Of a DNA stretch of 64,000 nt, positions 61,225 to 64,000 are shown piece after piece. Under the pieces are notes generated by a model, which saw nothing but the letters and a program-made list of their open reading frames with translations, was not told where the DNA came from and searched no databases. The translations under genes and the position numbers were made by a program. This DNA comes from Chiloscyllium plagiosum (lineage: Eukaryota). Where the stretch lies: contig NC_057728.1 of the NCBI RefSeq assembly GCF_004010195.1, forward strand, positions 44,706,279-44,770,278, read 5' to 3'. Within the stretch, counting starts at the first letter, position 1; each line of letters opens with the position of its first letter.

Positions 61225-62155
61225 AGAGTTGAAAAGTACAGTGCTGGAAAAGTACAGCAGGTCAAGCAGCATCCGAGGAGAAGGAGAATCGACATTTCAG
61301 GCATAAGCCCTTCAACAGGAATGTGGGTGGTACATCTGGGATGAGGTGGGGTAAGGGGAGATAAGGAAACTGGTGAAGTTGACGTTGATGCCGTGTGGTT
61401 GTAGGGTCCCAATGTAAAAGATGAGTAGGTTTTCCTCCAGTCATCAGGTGGCTTGAATTTAGCAGTGGAGGAGACCCAGGACTTGCATGTCCTTGGTGAA
61501 ATGGGAAGGGGAATTGAAGTGGTCAGCCACAGGGTTTTGGGGTTGTTTAGAGATGTCTCCTGAAACATTTCGTGAATTAGCATCCTGTCTCCCCACTGCA
61601 GAGGAGACCATATCGAGAGCAATGAACAATGAGGTTTTTGGATGTGCAGGAAAATCTCTGCCAGATGTGGAATGATCCTTTGGGGCCTTAGATGGAGGTG
61701 AGGGAAGAGATTTGAGTGGTTTTACACCTCTTGTAGTGGAAAGGGAAGGTGTTGGGAGTCGAGGATGGGTAGGTGGGAGGCATGGACCTAACGAGGGATT
61801 TGAGGAGGGAATGGTCTCTGCGAAATGCAGATGTGGTGGGGAGGGAAATATATCTCTGATGGTGGGGTCTGATTGTAGGTAGCGGAAATGATGGAGGATA
61901 GTACGTTGTATCTGGGGATTAGTGGGGTGGAAGGTGAGGACCAGAGTGCTCTATCCCAGTTGCAGTTGGAGGGGTGGAGTTCAAGGTCGGAGGTGAGAGA
62001 AGTGGAGGAAATGTGCTGGAGGGCATTGTTGATCATGTGGGAGGGGATATTGCGGTCCTTGAAAGAGGAGGCCACCTGGGATGTCTTGGAGTGAAATTGA
62101 CACTCATGGGACTGGATGTGGTGGAGACCAGAGGAATTGGGAGTAAGTGATAGCA
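61225..62155 (-). mobile_element. Decayed Neptune-type PLE with pLTR
   Basis: Collinear in antisense with 10150-11280 (SQVASSFKDRNIPSHMINNALQHISS). pLTR at 61225-61322. Confidence 0.85.
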
Positions 62156-63159
62156 ATTAGGAAAAGGACCCCAATAAAGGATATTAAGAAACTTCTTCTC
62201 ATCACACACTAGATGTCCAGACTTTCCAACAATCTCCCCAACCTCCTCTGCACCTTACAATTTCCCCACATGAAGGAGGGTGCCTGCTTTTGGGCAGACT
62301 ACTTTCAGAAGACTAGGGGTCTCTGGTCCTAAATAGCACCAGGAATGACCAGCTGAGTCTTCCAGGTTCAACAGCCGACTACAGAGCATGATCTCACCAC
62401 CTACTGAGGGTATGCTTGACATAGGTCACACCTCTTCATTGATAAACTTTCACTTCTGTAAATATATTTTCACTTGCACCGTTTAAAATGTTTATTATAG
62501 TATAACTTTCCCTGTGCAACCTGGTTAGGCGGCATCAGTTTGAGGAATGAGTAACTTCTTCAGACACTCTAAGGATGAAAGAAGTTACAAGCTTTGCTCG
62601 TCTCTCTCTCTCTCTCTTAGATAATGGATGCCCTTCTGTTGAAGTGGTAAGTTGAAGCCAGATAGGTCATATTACTTAATCAGTAGAGGCTAGATTACTA
62701 CAATTGTCCCTGACAGCATCTGCCATTTCCAAGAGTTTTACTCTACTCCTGAAGATCAAAAGGGAACTTACTTTCTCCCACTTTGTATGAGTTGTCAACC
62801 ATTTTGTGCCATTATTGTGCAGTTGACTTTTGATCTGAAATGGCATGATTCTAGCTTTGTGGTCTTGGAAGTGAGTTGCAGGCTTTGCCTATGATGCAAG
62901 AGATTTCCCATTCTTCATGTTCCCTTTGTTTTGCTGTCTCTGTCGCTGCAATAATCTTTAAGTCTTTTCCTACTTCTGTTGAGTCCATTCATATGACAGT
63001 TAATGTACCCACCTTACCCGAAGTCCATGACTTTGGACATTTTCACACCTTTGATGGCTCTATATACTTCCCAAACAGAGACCAGAGTAATTGTGACCTG
63101 TGAGAATTCCCCATCCCTGAGCTCCCAGTCCCCTCCTACTGACTTTTCCTAATATGCAT

Positions 63160-64000
63160 TATTGATTTGGATTTTGGTGTGCAGGGAATAATTTCAAAAT
63201 TTTCAGATTACACTAAACTTGGAAGAATTGTAAACTTTGAGGAGGATACTGTGGAAATCTATAAGGACATTGACAAGTTGGTAGAGTGAACGAACATGTG
63301 GCAGATGAGGTTCCATGCAGATAAGTGTGAGGTGATCCACTTTAGTTGGAAGAATATGAAAAGACACTATAAATTTGGGGTTACAATTCTAAAGGGAGCA
63401 GGAGCAGAGGGACTTGGTGTACTTGTGCAAACATCATTGCAGGTGGCAGGACAGGTACAGACAACTGTTAGTAAAGCATAGTGTTCTCAGCTTTATGTAC
63501 ATAGGGACAAAGAGTACAAAAGCAGACAGTTGTTGTTGAACTTGTACAAGGCACTTGTAAGACCTCAGCAGGAGTGCTGTGTACAGGTGTGGGCATCACA
63601 TTATAGAAAAAATATGAATATATTGGAAAAAATGCAGAGATAATTTACAAGAATGATGCCAGAAATGAGAAACCTGAGTTATGATGGTAGATTGAAATAT
63701 TTGGGACCGTTCTCCTTGGAGGGGAGAAGGCTGAGAGAAGGTTTGATAAAGGTGTATCGAACCATAAAGTGAGCTGGACAGAGAAGATAGAAGAACCTGT
63801 TCTCACTCATCAATAAAAATAAAGTAGATTTAAAGTGGTGTGCCAAAAGACAAAAGATTGATGCGAGAAAAAGCCTTTTTAACACAGCAAGTTCTTAGGG
63901 TATGAAATGCACTGCCTGGAAATGTGATGGAGGCAAATTCAATTCATGCACTCAATAGGACGTTTGATGATTATTTGGATATGAAGAAAAGGCAGAGAAT
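63160..64000 (+). mobile_element. Old CR1 RT C-terminal fragment running to the window end
   Basis: WQMRFHADKCEVIHF, LYKALVRP and FTRMMP motifs. Confidence 0.8.

Noticed and set aside
1533..61322. Recurring short ORFs such as EGLLPETSILLLLGCCLTCCAFP and MKGFCPKRRFSCSSDAA
   Set aside because: Translations of the non-coding pLTR repeat, not a peptide gene family.
62700..63120. Possible minus-strand exon or Harbinger transposase remnant
   Set aside because: No DDE or other recognisable motif; the frames are interrupted.
1..64000. CRISPR arrays, rRNA, prokaryotic operons
   Set aside because: No regularly spaced repeats or rRNA sequence; the window is vertebrate repeat-rich DNA.

Overview
Eukaryotic, repeat-dense non-coding DNA, very probably from a shark or other elasmobranch (HE1-type V-SINEs, shark-type CR1/HER1 LINEs). 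There are six N-gaps and no recognisable host protein-coding exon. Contents: many decayed CR1 LINEs (three keep a zinc-finger/leucine-zipper + SGNH-esterase ORF1), L2 fragments, six HE1-like tRNA SINEs, two solo LTRs, a decayed Harbinger-type Myb/SANT gene and many Penelope-like elements (PLEs; Neptune-type and Poseidon-type RT/GIY-YIG). The main signal is in the PLE terminal repeats (pLTRs). Over 20 copies of minimal hammerhead-ribozyme motifs occur in four sequence families, many as 100-350 bp ORF-less mini-elements. Several insertions share one layout: an inverted pLTR arm lacking the last ~33-40 nt tail, a full arm, and 12-15 bp target-site duplications. In two cases the insertion also carries an inverted copy of neighbouring host DNA. 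All calls were made by eye; boundaries of old repeats are approximate.
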